From contig CBFDCR010000023.1 of NCBI GenBank assembly GCA_965603365.1, positions 54 to 64,053 on the forward strand: a DNA stretch of 64,000 nucleotides, read 5' to 3'. This stretch comes from an uncultured bacterium. GTDB lineage: Bacteria > Acidobacteriota > Aminicenantia > UBA2199. The notes under the pieces are model-generated. The model did not search any database and was not told where the DNA came from. It saw only the letters and a program-made list of their open reading frames with translations. Both the position numbers and the translations under genes were made by a program. Below are positions 48,532-57,261 of this stretch, piece by piece; the first letter of the stretch is position 1, and each line of letters starts with the position of its first letter.

Positions 48532-48984
48532 TCAGCCAACGTCTGTAGGGAAGAAGTTGTGCCAATCTTCCGGGAGTTTTTCTGTCAACAGGTGTGAAAT
48601 TCCTTCATCCTTAATACAATTATGTGCCTTTTTATCAAATGTCAGCCAGGTTCCGTTTAACTCTGCTGCCAGCGCCGCATAGGTGGCATCATAGCCCGAT
48701 AATCCTTTCTTTGTAAAGAATCCGGCATTACTAACCAGGCTTTCGCTCATGGGCTGTCTTAGAATTTCACTTTGAATAATCGGTAATATGCCCTCAAGAT
48801 AGGCCTCAATTGGAGAAGGGTGAAGCCTGCACAGAACCGACAAAACCTCAAAACAGAATAATTCCGGTACACTGAAAGACCCCGGGTAATCGATTACTGA
48901 GCGAAGAATGGCATCTGCATGCTGATGCTCCTCTTCCTTTAAGAGCCAACGGAGTGCAACCGAGGCATCGATAACCCATATCAT
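48532..48984 (-). CDS. vapC: VapC/PIN toxin
   Basis: VIDASVALRW, FEV, SGYDATYAALA, LTFD. Confidence 0.88.
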   Translation of the reverse strand: MIWVIDASVALRWLLKEEEHQHADAILRSVIDYPGSFSVPELFCFEVLSVLCRLHPSPIEAYLEGILPIIQSEILRQPMSESLVSNAGFFTKKGLSGYDATYAALAAELNGTWLTFDKKAHNCIKDEGISHLLTEKLPEDWHNFFPTDVG

Positions 48985-49253
48985 TCTTCATACCCTCTCA
49001 GTTCGCGGAGTACGTTGACGCTGTTCTGGTTTATTACTGAATCGGCACGGAGGGATTTAATTTTCTGGAAGAGTTTCTTTTTCTTCTCTTCGGCCTGTTT
49101 GTCCAGGAATCTTTTTTCAAAATCTTCAGGGGTTATTAACACAGCTCTTACCCTCCTTCCCTTACTCAACAAAATCGGCTCCCCATTTCTTTCAAGAGAG
49201 TCAAGGACCTCTCCCAGGTTGTTTCTTATTTTCAAGGCATTGACTGTTCTCAT
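48981..49253 (-). CDS. Phd/YefM family antitoxin
   Basis: TVNALKIRNNLGEVLD...PILLSKGRRVRAVLI; 4-nt overlap with the toxin; alternative GTG start at 49259. Confidence 0.88.
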   Translation of the reverse strand: MRTVNALKIRNNLGEVLDSLERNGEPILLSKGRRVRAVLITPEDFEKRFLDKQAEEKKKKLFQKIKSLRADSVINQNSVNVLRELRGYEE

Positions 49254-49364
49254 TTTCACACTTCCTCGGATACTATTTTTACCTCAATTAACATATATCA
49301 CCTGGCTATAAATGTCAAGTGTATAGGTGAGTATACAATCGGCACCAGGCAAGAGGAGGAAGGG

Positions 49365-49402
49365 GGATGTAGAGGACGCAGATCTGCGTCCCTTTTAGGG
49401 CT
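49365..49402. repeat. GTAG-type REP-like palindrome, copy 2
   Basis: ggatgtagaggacgcagatctgcgtcccttttagggct. Confidence 0.8.
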
Positions 49403-49494
49403 GGCCCACCTGTTCCCGGGGGCAGTGGCCGGTTTTCTGGCCTGCCTCTCTCCTGTCACGATGCAGAAGGCCCCGGTTTTGGCCCTTTGAGCGC

Positions 49495-49810
49495 CAGAAT
49501 CGATGCCTCGGGCTCTTAAATCACCCCTTCGGGCACCGGTATCACCCCTTCGAGCTCTTGTATCGATGCCTCGAGCTCCGAAATCACCCCCAGGAGGCAT
49601 CGATCATGACCCTTTGATCTCCGATCTCGACCCCCTAGGGCATCGATCATGATCCTTTTGGCTCCGATATCACCCCTAGAGGGCACCGATATTACCCCTT
49701 TGGGCACCGGTATCACCCCTAGGGGGCACCGGTATCACCCCTTTGGGCACCGATATCACCCCTGGAGGGCATCGATCGCGACCCTTTTGGCTCCGAAATC
49801 ACACCCTTTT
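49495..49810. repeat. 21-22-bp periodic tandem array
   Basis: About 14 degenerate units of gggcaccg(g/a)tatcacccct(tt/ag). Confidence 0.85.
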
Positions 49811-49962
49811 GACCCGTTTTCAAGGCAAATTGCAAAACAACCATGGCAAAATGCAAGATGAATACTTCATGATTTCATTGGTTATTGGTTGTTGGGTATT
49901 TTGCAATTTGCAATGATCTCTTCTCTCTTGTCAGCCCGGGGGAAAGGATATATAATGGGGGC

Positions 49963-50565
49963 ATGAAAAATGCTTTTTTGTGGCTGTCTCTCTGCGGCCT
50001 GCTGCTCACCGGCGCCGCCTGTAAAGAGCGTCATCTGACCGATGCCCCCAATTTGTTGTTGATCACCATCGATACGGCCCGGGCCGACTATTTCGGTTGT
50101 TACGGCAGCCCCGATGTCAGTACCCCCCATATCGACCGCCTGGCCGCGGCCGGCGTCCGGTTTGGGCGCAACGTGGCGCCGTCGCAGTGCACCAACCTCG
50201 CCCAGCCCATCGACGGTAGAAACCTGACACCCATGTTTTCAAATCCCCATTATCGAAATCATGAGTATGTGATCAGCGAGGCGGTAAACGGCGTGATCCG
50301 GGCCATTTACCGGGAGGGTTATAAATTCATGAAACCCTATCCCACCGATTGGGCCCTCAAACAGAGTCGTCTGTATCGGGCCTGGGACGACTATGGGGAG
50401 AGCCGTGACCTGAAAGACCAGGAACCGGCCCGGGCCCGACAACTGGAGGCCGCCCTGGAAGAGTGGCTGAAACGGGCAAAGTCGATGGCCCTGCCCAGCC
50501 AACAACCCCGGAAGCTGGATCCCAAAACCCGCAAGGCCCTCAAGACCTTAGGCTATATCGATTAA
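49963..50565 (+). pseudogene. Sulfatase with a large in-frame internal deletion
   Basis: Lipoprotein-like signal, PNLLLITIDTARADY...TPHIDRLA...QCTN, then a direct jump to C-terminal IDGRNL...LKTLGYI; catalytic core missing. Confidence 0.75.
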
Positions 50566-50587
50566 CCCCCCCCCGATCCCGTTTTTA

Positions 50588-51886
50588 TCACCCGTCTCTG
50601 CCTTCATCCTGGAGGAGCCATTTCCACACCGGTAGAACCTTGATGTGGATATCCTGGATGGTGAAGTCATCTTCGTCGGTGTACGTTAAAATGGTGGCTG
50701 CCCTGGTATCGAGGTGCCGGGCCGCATCGATGAGACCGGTCACCTCCCTCTCCCTGTTGTTGTCCTGGATGGTATAGGTGACCTGGATGGGGTGGTGGGT
50801 GCCATTGCGGGAGACTATAAAATCACACTCCCTCTCTTCTGAAAAGTAATGAATTTTTTCGTTTCGCTTGAGCAGTTCCAGGAACACGACGTTTTCCAGT
50901 ATGCGGGCAGAGTCGTCCCGTACCACCCACTGGGCTAAGGTAGAGTCCACGATGTAGACTTTGGGGGGATTACGCATTTTTTTATACACCGAGTCGCTGA
51001 ATATTCGGATCTCAAAGATCAGTTTTGAATCCAGGAGATGTTGGTAATACTCAAACAGTAAATCCTTGGAAAAAGGGAAGTTGCCTTTGGTCTGTTTGTA
51101 AAAGGTATTCAACGAGAAGGGGGTGGCAAAGGTGGAGAAAATTTTGTTTTTCAGGGCTTCCATGAGGGTGATATTGGAAATATCGTACCGTTCCACCAGA
51201 TCCTTGAAGAATAGGGCCTGTAGGTACTCGTTGATGATCTTGCGTCGGCTGAATTCATCGGCGGCGGTGACCACTTCGGGAAAGCCTCCCCATTTCATAT
51301 ACTGGTTAAAAATTTCCAGCAGTTGAAATCGCTGATCAGAGAGGAGCGTTCGGGAATCCCACTTGATCCCTTTATAGTCAATCCATTCCCGGTAGGAGAG
51401 GGGAAAAATTTCAAGGCTCCATGATCGTCCTCTCAGGGTGGTGTGAATGTTTTCGGGATATATTCGCGACGATGAGCCGGCTATGATTACACTGACAGCA
51501 CTTTTTTCTGCCAACCGGCGGCAAAATTTCTCCCACCCCGGCACGATCTGGATTTCATCCAGCAGGAAGAAGACCTCTTTTTGAATCAATTCGGGGAAAA
51601 GCTCGAAGTAGGCCTCCCGGAGGGTTTCAAAGTCGTCGATTGAAAAGCCCTCCAACCGTTCATCCTCGAAGTCCACGTAGAGGAAGCGGTCCGGGTTTTC
51701 CCGGGCAATATGGTAAAGCATAAAACTCTTACCGCTGCGGCGGATGCCGTAAAGGATGGCCACCTTTTTGAGGTTTTTGGGGAGAAGGACCCTCTCCCGC
51801 TCTATAAAATCTTGCCGGATGGAGAGGACATAGCTGCGGTTTTCCATGATGATGGCCTTTAACAGTTCTTTGTTTATCCTTTTCAT
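50588..51886 (-). CDS. AAA_14 / DUF4143 ATP-binding protein
   Basis: GIRRSGKS, LLDEIQ, GSSS, LRGR, FPLSYRE, WGGFPE, PKVYIVD, ILENVV, ECDF, IQV. Confidence 0.9.
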   Translation of the reverse strand: MKRINKELLKAIIMENRSYVLSIRQDFIERERVLLPKNLKKVAILYGIRRSGKSFMLYHIARENPDRFLYVDFEDERLEGFSIDDFETLREAYFELFPELIQKEVFFLLDEIQIVPGWEKFCRRLAEKSAVSVIIAGSSSRIYPENIHTTLRGRSWSLEIFPLSYREWIDYKGIKWDSRTLLSDQRFQLLEIFNQYMKWGGFPEVVTAADEFSRRKIINEYLQALFFKDLVERYDISNITLMEALKNKIFSTFATPFSLNTFYKQTKGNFPFSKDLLFEYYQHLLDSKLIFEIRIFSDSVYKKMRNPPKVYIVDSTLAQWVVRDDSARILENVVFLELLKRNEKIHYFSEERECDFIVSRNGTHHPIQVTYTIQDNNREREVTGLIDAARHLDTRAATILTYTDEDDFTIQDIHIKVLPVWKWLLQDEGRDG

Positions 51887-51960
51887 AAGGATAATTTAAT
51901 AAAAATTTGTCCTTCTGTCAAGGATAAAATCAGGCAATTTTATCCTTCTTAAAAGGATAA
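51874..51960. promoter_or_regulatory. Three palindromes TTATCCTT-N5-AAGGATAA at exact 33-bp period, covering a leaderless promoter
   Basis: Copies start at 51874, 51907 (ttgtcctt) and 51940; minus-strand TTGACA(51916-51921)-N17-TAAATT lies 6 nt before the ATG. Confidence 0.8.
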
Positions 51961-52070
51961 ATGTTTTGGGTGGGGGAGGGCAAGAATTTTTGATCCGGGT
52001 GATTGAATTGTGGACAGATTTCTTATAAAATATGACCTTATATTTTGAAATCCACTAGAAGGAGTATCAT

Positions 52071-52391
52071 ATGCCATTGATAGATTTTGACGGCAGGAAG
52101 CTGGAGGTCAACGAGGAGGGTTTTTTGGCCCACCCCGAAGAGTGGAATAGAGAGATCGCCGAATTCCTGGGCCGCCATGAAGAGGGGTTGGATACCTTGA
52201 GCGACGACCATTGGGCGGTCATCAATTATATCCGGGAATACTGGCAGGAGAACGACCTGGCCCCCATGGTACGCAAGATATGCAAGACCACGGGTTTTAA
52301 GTTGAAATATATTTACCAATTGTTTCCCGCCGGCCCGGCCAAGGGGGCGGCCAAATTGGCCGGTTTGCCCAAACCCGACGGCTGTGTGTAG
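52071..52391 (+). CDS. TusE/DsrC family sulfur carrier with a single C-terminal Cys
   Basis: EEGFL...W, HWAVINYIR, LFPAGP, AGLPKPDGCV; upstream DsrC Cys position is Ala (GAAKLAG). Confidence 0.88.
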   Translation: MPLIDFDGRKLEVNEEGFLAHPEEWNREIAEFLGRHEEGLDTLSDDHWAVINYIREYWQENDLAPMVRKICKTTGFKLKYIYQLFPAGPAKGAAKLAGLPKPDGCV

Positions 52392-52403
52392 GCGGACGTT
52401 ACC

Positions 52404-53033
52404 ATGCTCATATTCTTGAAATGGGGCGCTGCCGCCGCGTTTGGGGTAATGGCGGTCTCGATGGCGGTGTTGATCCGCAAAACCTTCTCGTTTGGCCGGC
52501 GAGAGTTTTACGCCGAAGCTGAGGGGAATGTGAAGAGGGGCATCGCCTATGCCTTTGGCCGGGGTATGATGCCCTGGGAGAAGGAGAGTGCCGGCAAGCA
52601 CCTTCCCAGCTATATCGCCGGTATCCTCTATCATACGGGCATCTTTGCCGCCTTTTTCCTGCTGTTTTGTTTCCTGATCGGTATACCTTTGCCCCGCTTT
52701 TTGTTGATATTGGTTCGCCTGGGATTGGCGGCCGGGGCAGTGTGCGGTCTGGCCCTGCTGCTGAAGCGTTTTGTTTCGCCCCACCTGCGGGCGGTCAGTT
52801 GTACCGACGACTTTGCCGCCAACCTGGTGGTAGACGCATTTGTGACGCTGGCGCTGTTGTATACGGTCGGTGCGGTATCGGCGGCCCTGTTTTTGGCCGC
52901 ATCCATCCTGGTGCTGTTGTACATCCCGGTGGGCAAACTGCGCCACTGCGTGTTCTTTTTTTATGTGCGGCTGCTCTTCGGCCTCTTTTATGGCCGGCGC
53001 AGCGTGTTTCCGCCGGCCTCCCATAAGGCCTAG
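52404..53033 (+). CDS. NarI/DsrM-like membrane (cytochrome b-type) subunit
   Basis: Five TM segments, YHTG, R..S..DD, PVGKLRH; lies between tusE-like and dsrK-like genes. Confidence 0.65.
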   Translation: MLIFLKWGAAAAFGVMAVSMAVLIRKTFSFGRREFYAEAEGNVKRGIAYAFGRGMMPWEKESAGKHLPSYIAGILYHTGIFAAFFLLFCFLIGIPLPRFLLILVRLGLAAGAVCGLALLLKRFVSPHLRAVSCTDDFAANLVVDAFVTLALLYTVGAVSAALFLAASILVLLYIPVGKLRHCVFFFYVRLLFGLFYGRRSVFPPASHKA

Positions 53034-53057
53034 GATTATAAGGAATAAGGTCAGGTC

Positions 53058-54395
53058 ATGAGTGAACGAGTGCAAACCGTTGATCCTTTGAAAGAGAAAA
53101 TAGAGCAGTTAAAGCCGGAGGACTATCAAAAGGCCCTGCGGGTATTTAAAGAGAAAATACACCATGAATATGCCGCCTACCTCAATGCCTGTGTCCACTG
53201 CGGCCTGTGTGCCGATGCCTGCCACTATTATGTGGCCTATGAAGATCTCCAGTCTATCCCGGCCTACAAGTTGAACCTGGTGACAAAGGTGTTTAAGAGG
53301 TATTTCAGTCTGATCGGCCGCAGTGTTCCCGGCTGGGTAGGGGCCGCAGAACTGGATCGGGCCATGGTGGAGGAGTGGATCGATTCACTGTTTGGCCGCT
53401 GTTCGTTGTGCGGCCGCTGTGCCTTGAACTGCTCCATCGGTTTAAATATTCCCTATTTGATCCGGGCGGCCCGGGGTGCGCTGGCAGCCATCGGTCTGGT
53501 ACCGCCGGGCTTGCAATCTACGGTGGATACCGCCGTTGAGAAGGGCAACAACATGGGTATTCCCAAGGATGACTGGCTGGAGACAGTGGAGTGGATCGAA
53601 GAGGAATTGCAGGATGAGGTAGACGATCCGGCAGCGAGGCTGCCCGTCGATCAGCAAGGGGCCCGGTTATTTTATACCGTCAATCCCCGGGAGCCGATGT
53701 TTTTCCCCTTATCCATCGGCGCGGTGGGCAAGATCTTCTATGCCGCCGGGGAGAGCTGGACCTTTTCCAGCGACAATTACGACGTGACCAATTACGGCCT
53801 GTACAACGGCGACGACCGGGCCGCGGGGCTGATGTCGGACCGGCTGGTGCAGTCCATGCAAAACCTGGGCTGCCGGGTGTTGGTGCTGGCCGAGTGCGGC
53901 CACGGCTTCAACTCCAACCGCTGGGAGGCGCCGGAGTGGCTCTCTAAAAAGTACGGCTTCGAGGTCAGGAGTATCCTCGAAGTGGTGGCCGATTATATCC
54001 GTGAGGGCCGTATCAAATTGGACCCCGCCAAAAACCAAAAACCGGTGACCCTGCACGATCCCTGCAACCTGGTGCGCCTGGGGGGCATCGTGGAGGAGCA
54101 GCGGTTCATTTTAAAACAGGCGGTCGCCGATTTCAGGGAGATGACCCCCAACCGGGAAAAAAACTTTTGCTGCGGCGGCGGTGGGGGACAGTTGGCCATG
54201 ACCCGCTTCAGCGAACGGCGGCTCAAGGTAGGCAAGATCAAGGCCGACCAGATCAAGGCTACCGGTGCTAAAATAGTGGCCACCCCCTGCCACAACTGCA
54301 TCGACCAACTGATGGAACTCAACAAACACTACAAACTGGGGGTGGAGATCAAGACCGTATGCGAAGTCGCTGCCGACGCCCTGGTCCTCCCCTGA
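53058..54395 (+). CDS. DsrK/HdrD-like Fe-S protein with CCG domain
   Basis: CVHCGLCADAC, CSLCGRCALNC, ECGHG, HDPC, CCGGGGG, PCHNC. Confidence 0.88.
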   Translation: MSERVQTVDPLKEKIEQLKPEDYQKALRVFKEKIHHEYAAYLNACVHCGLCADACHYYVAYEDLQSIPAYKLNLVTKVFKRYFSLIGRSVPGWVGAAELDRAMVEEWIDSLFGRCSLCGRCALNCSIGLNIPYLIRAARGALAAIGLVPPGLQSTVDTAVEKGNNMGIPKDDWLETVEWIEEELQDEVDDPAARLPVDQQGARLFYTVNPREPMFFPLSIGAVGKIFYAAGESWTFSSDNYDVTNYGLYNGDDRAAGLMSDRLVQSMQNLGCRVLVLAECGHGFNSNRWEAPEWLSKKYGFEVRSILEVVADYIREGRIKLDPAKNQKPVTLHDPCNLVRLGGIVEEQRFILKQAVADFREMTPNREKNFCCGGGGGQLAMTRFSERRLKVGKIKADQIKATGAKIVATPCHNCIDQLMELNKHYKLGVEIKTVCEVAADALVLP

Positions 54396-54418
54396 CAACA
54401 AATTTCCCCCGCCCCATA

Positions 54419-55696
54419 CTAAGAGAGATTCGTGAATGGGCAGAGAGGCATTGGCAATGAGATCCTGGTCTCGTCATCATCCTGCAAACCCGGGCAACCA
54501 CCCCGGCAAATATCGGCATAGCTGCAAGCCAGGCAGGTATTTGGAGTAGACAATGATCTGAGGTAGGAGAGAACGGGGGAATTTATCAGGAGTTCAGGCC
54601 AGTTATCACTGAGTAGATTTCCCAATTTGAACTTTTCCTTTGCCAGCAATTCACAGGGGTAGAGGTCGGCTGAAGGGTCGATATAGATCCCCCTAATTCC
54701 CGCATCACAACGTTTGTCTGCTTTGAGGTAGAAAGGCGTTCCTTGATCTTGCGGAGTTACGCTGAGTTGAAACGGAAGACCGGCGTGTATCTTGATATGG
54801 CAGTCTCCGTTAGTTTCGTTGGCAAAACCTTCGAGTCGGAGAATAGATTCTGCGTCCCACATTTTATATTGATATTGTCTTGCTTTCCCGATTGGGATTG
54901 CTCGATTGAAAGTCATTTCGGTGATGCCGAGATCGTACCAATATTTTGCCAACCTCCGTATTCTCTCTACCGAAGGCGTTTCGATAACCGAGATGATTCG
55001 TACGGGGATACCTTCTCGGATCAAATAACCAATCGCTCGGACAGCCCTGGAAAAAGATCCCGGCTGCCCGGTCAGTAGATCATTCTCCTCTGCATTTCCG
55101 CCGTGAATACTGATGGCTAAATGAAGACCGCTGCGGTAAACCGCCGCGATTTTAGGCGGTGAGACGGAGGCGTTAGTGGTAAGTTGTACTTGCATGCCCC
55201 TGGAAATTAGAGCGTCGATCAGACGATCGAGATGCCGGTAGAGAAAGGGCTCGCCACCGACTATCCCGACATTGAACAATCCGACTTTATCTAATCGTTC
55301 TGCGATTTCGTCGATCCATTCAGGCGGGAGGTCTTGATAGTCGTTTGATCTGAAGACTCGGTCACCGGAGGAACAGAATCGGCAGTTGTGGTTACAGCGA
55401 TAGGTAGGATAGATCTCTGCGTCAAGTGGAGCCGTGGTCTCCTCGCCGAAGTCCGGCAGTGGGCGTTTATATTGGATGGCGGCAGGTTCCACATCATCGC
55501 TTACCAGTCCGAGTTCCAGCAGCCTTTTCCAGATATCTGCACTCTTAGCCGGGGAGGCCGCCGCCGAAAAATCTCCAGATTGGCGATTCCGGGCATCGAA
55601 CAAATCAATCCACAGGTCCGGTACGGCGAAATAGCCGATTCGAGGATGATAACAAATGCCGTCTGTTCGATATCTCAACTGGGGAGAAAGGATCAT
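54419..55696 (-). CDS. Radical SAM/SPASM peptide maturase 2 with N-terminal RRE-like extension
   Basis: CNHNCRFC, GGEPF, CDAG...YPC...CLACSYADICRGGCP; ATG at 55696 in a TGATG overlap. Confidence 0.9.
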   Translation of the reverse strand: MILSPQLRYRTDGICYHPRIGYFAVPDLWIDLFDARNRQSGDFSAAASPAKSADIWKRLLELGLVSDDVEPAAIQYKRPLPDFGEETTAPLDAEIYPTYRCNHNCRFCSSGDRVFRSNDYQDLPPEWIDEIAERLDKVGLFNVGIVGGEPFLYRHLDRLIDALISRGMQVQLTTNASVSPPKIAAVYRSGLHLAISIHGGNAEENDLLTGQPGSFSRAVRAIGYLIREGIPVRIISVIETPSVERIRRLAKYWYDLGITEMTFNRAIPIGKARQYQYKMWDAESILRLEGFANETNGDCHIKIHAGLPFQLSVTPQDQGTPFYLKADKRCDAGIRGIYIDPSADLYPCELLAKEKFKLGNLLSDNWPELLINSPVLSYLRSLSTPNTCLACSYADICRGGCPGLQDDDETRISLPMPLCPFTNLS

Positions 55697-56997
55697 CAGT
55701 ACTGCTTCCCAAGCAAGGGGCACTCCTGGTTTGGGTAAGACAGGCGGCCTTCGTGCATATAACGAATTCCTGGGCAACCGCCTTTACACTCCTTTAGATA
55801 ACGACAGTTGAGACACACCTCGTCGGCTGGCAAGTGGTGCAGCATTGAGAACACGGTCGAGTTTGCGATGCGTTGTATTCCCCCGTTATCGAACAGGTTA
55901 CCGGCGCAGAATTTTTCTTCCCAGAGATAGTCGCATGGATACACCGATCCGTCTGGAAAGACCAGGCATTCAAATAGCCCGGCGGGACAGCCTCCGCCGA
56001 AATCGGGGAAGAGCGACTGCATCAGCGTAGGGCCTGTTTCGTAGAGAAAGCGGAACCGGTATCCCCGCAAGATATTGACCCCCCGGCGTTGCCATCGGGC
56101 CAGCATTTCGGCCTGGGAACCAAGGGCAGAGGGGTGGAGGCTGGCTTCACGAGACCTGCCCATCCGAAGGTGCTGGGAGAGGAAGACTTTACGAACACCT
56201 AAATCACTCAACGTCTCGATCATGGTCTCCAGGTAGTCCAGGTTACGGGTGGTGACGACGATATTGGCTTCAGGCGCCAGACCGGAGCGTGACAGCTCTC
56301 TGAGAACTGCGGAGACTTTTTTGTGTGCCCCCGGGAGCCCCATGAGCGCATCATGCTCGGCGGCATTGTTGGATAAATATGAAAACGTCCATGAGACTCC
56401 TGCCGCTGAATTCCTGGCGTATCTTTCGGCTGGCCATACCGTTCCATTGGATACGATAATGGGAAACACGGCATTCCGGACCAGGGCGCTAATCAGGGTC
56501 TCAAGATGAGAAGAGAGTGTCGGCTCGCCACCGCTGATTGTACATTGCATCAGCCCTAAGGCGTGCAGTCGATTCCCCAGATGCCGTACCTGCTCCGCAG
56601 AAGAGAACTCTTTATCGACGTAAGCGTTGAGGTAAGGATGGGCACAACAAAAACCGCAGGAAGCATTGCATGTTGTTGTGGCAACGATTAAGCCGCGCAC
56701 CGGTCGGAACATATGTTCTTCTGTTCGCCCCGGCTTTTCGGCAAAGGGAGAAGGCTTGACTTCCGTACCGATCCATTCCAATTCTCCCCACTTCCGAAAC
56801 GTATTGCTGGCTAACCAGACGGATTCTTCTCCTTTTGACAACCGGCGCAATGTCCGGAGCTCTTCAATCGTAACCCTGGTGAAACTGTGCGACGTAGCAC
56901 TATAAACCAGACCGCTTCCCATATCCTCCCGGATAGAGACGGTCGGCCGTAAGCCTTTTGTTCGTACAAGGGTATCAACAGGAACAGCCGCGTCCAT
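55696..56997 (-). CDS. Radical SAM/SPASM peptide maturase 1 with N-terminal RRE-like extension
   Basis: CNASCGFC, SGGEP, CPAG...YPC...CLNCRYLKECKGGCP; N-terminus LRPTVSIREDMGSGLVY resembles MftB/PqqD; start 56997 or 57009. Confidence 0.9.
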   Translation of the reverse strand: MDAAVPVDTLVRTKGLRPTVSIREDMGSGLVYSATSHSFTRVTIEELRTLRRLSKGEESVWLASNTFRKWGELEWIGTEVKPSPFAEKPGRTEEHMFRPVRGLIVATTTCNASCGFCCAHPYLNAYVDKEFSSAEQVRHLGNRLHALGLMQCTISGGEPTLSSHLETLISALVRNAVFPIIVSNGTVWPAERYARNSAAGVSWTFSYLSNNAAEHDALMGLPGAHKKVSAVLRELSRSGLAPEANIVVTTRNLDYLETMIETLSDLGVRKVFLSQHLRMGRSREASLHPSALGSQAEMLARWQRRGVNILRGYRFRFLYETGPTLMQSLFPDFGGGCPAGLFECLVFPDGSVYPCDYLWEEKFCAGNLFDNGGIQRIANSTVFSMLHHLPADEVCLNCRYLKECKGGCPGIRYMHEGRLSYPNQECPLLGKQY

Positions 56998-57160
56998 GTG
57001 CTTCGGCATAACGTGAGACTTTTATGTCTTTGTCTTTCCCGGCCCGGGCACCCTGGCGAGCCTTTTCAATCAGGGCATCCGCTTCATCCCAATTCTCGTC
57101 AAATATTTTGGACAATACGGCAACCAGTTGATCATCAGTGATTTTTACTTTTTCTTCCAT
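56975..57160 (-). CDS. Putative RiPP precursor peptide (61 aa)
   Basis: SD aggag; MEEKVKITDDQLVAVLSKIFDENWDEADALIEKARQGARAGKDKDIKVSRYAEAHGRGCSC; overlaps the first rSAM gene. Confidence 0.75.
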   Translation of the reverse strand: MEEKVKITDDQLVAVLSKIFDENWDEADALIEKARQGARAGKDKDIKVSRYAEAHGRGCSC

Positions 57161-57231
57161 ACTATTTCTCCTTTTTTTCTTCTTTCTTTTTATTAAACAC
57201 CATAGCAAAAGCCTTTTGCCTCCTCATGCAT

Positions 57232-57260
57232 ATTGTAGCGGGAAATATTTTGGTTGTCAA
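57232..57260 (-). promoter_or_regulatory. sigma70 promoter of the precursor/rSAM operon
   Basis: TTGACA-N17-TACAAT on the minus strand. Confidence 0.75.
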
Positions 57261-57261
57261 T

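Noticed and set aside
49495-49810. CRISPR array
   Set aside because: Units are contiguous and degenerate with no unique spacers; no cas genes nearby.
49298-49861. Several short ORFs on both strands over the repeat array
   Set aside because: Artefacts of the periodic repeat; 22-bp units shift the frame.
52038-53075. 345-aa minus-strand ORF
   Set aside because: Shadow of the tusE and dsrM-like genes; no motifs. The same applies to most short antisense ORFs in the track.
56900-56977. Selenocysteine read-through of the precursor TGA (GCSC-U-YPC...)
   Set aside because: Only a weak hairpin follows the UGA, and the extension would overlap the RRE-like start of the rSAM gene; not supportable without a SECIS search.
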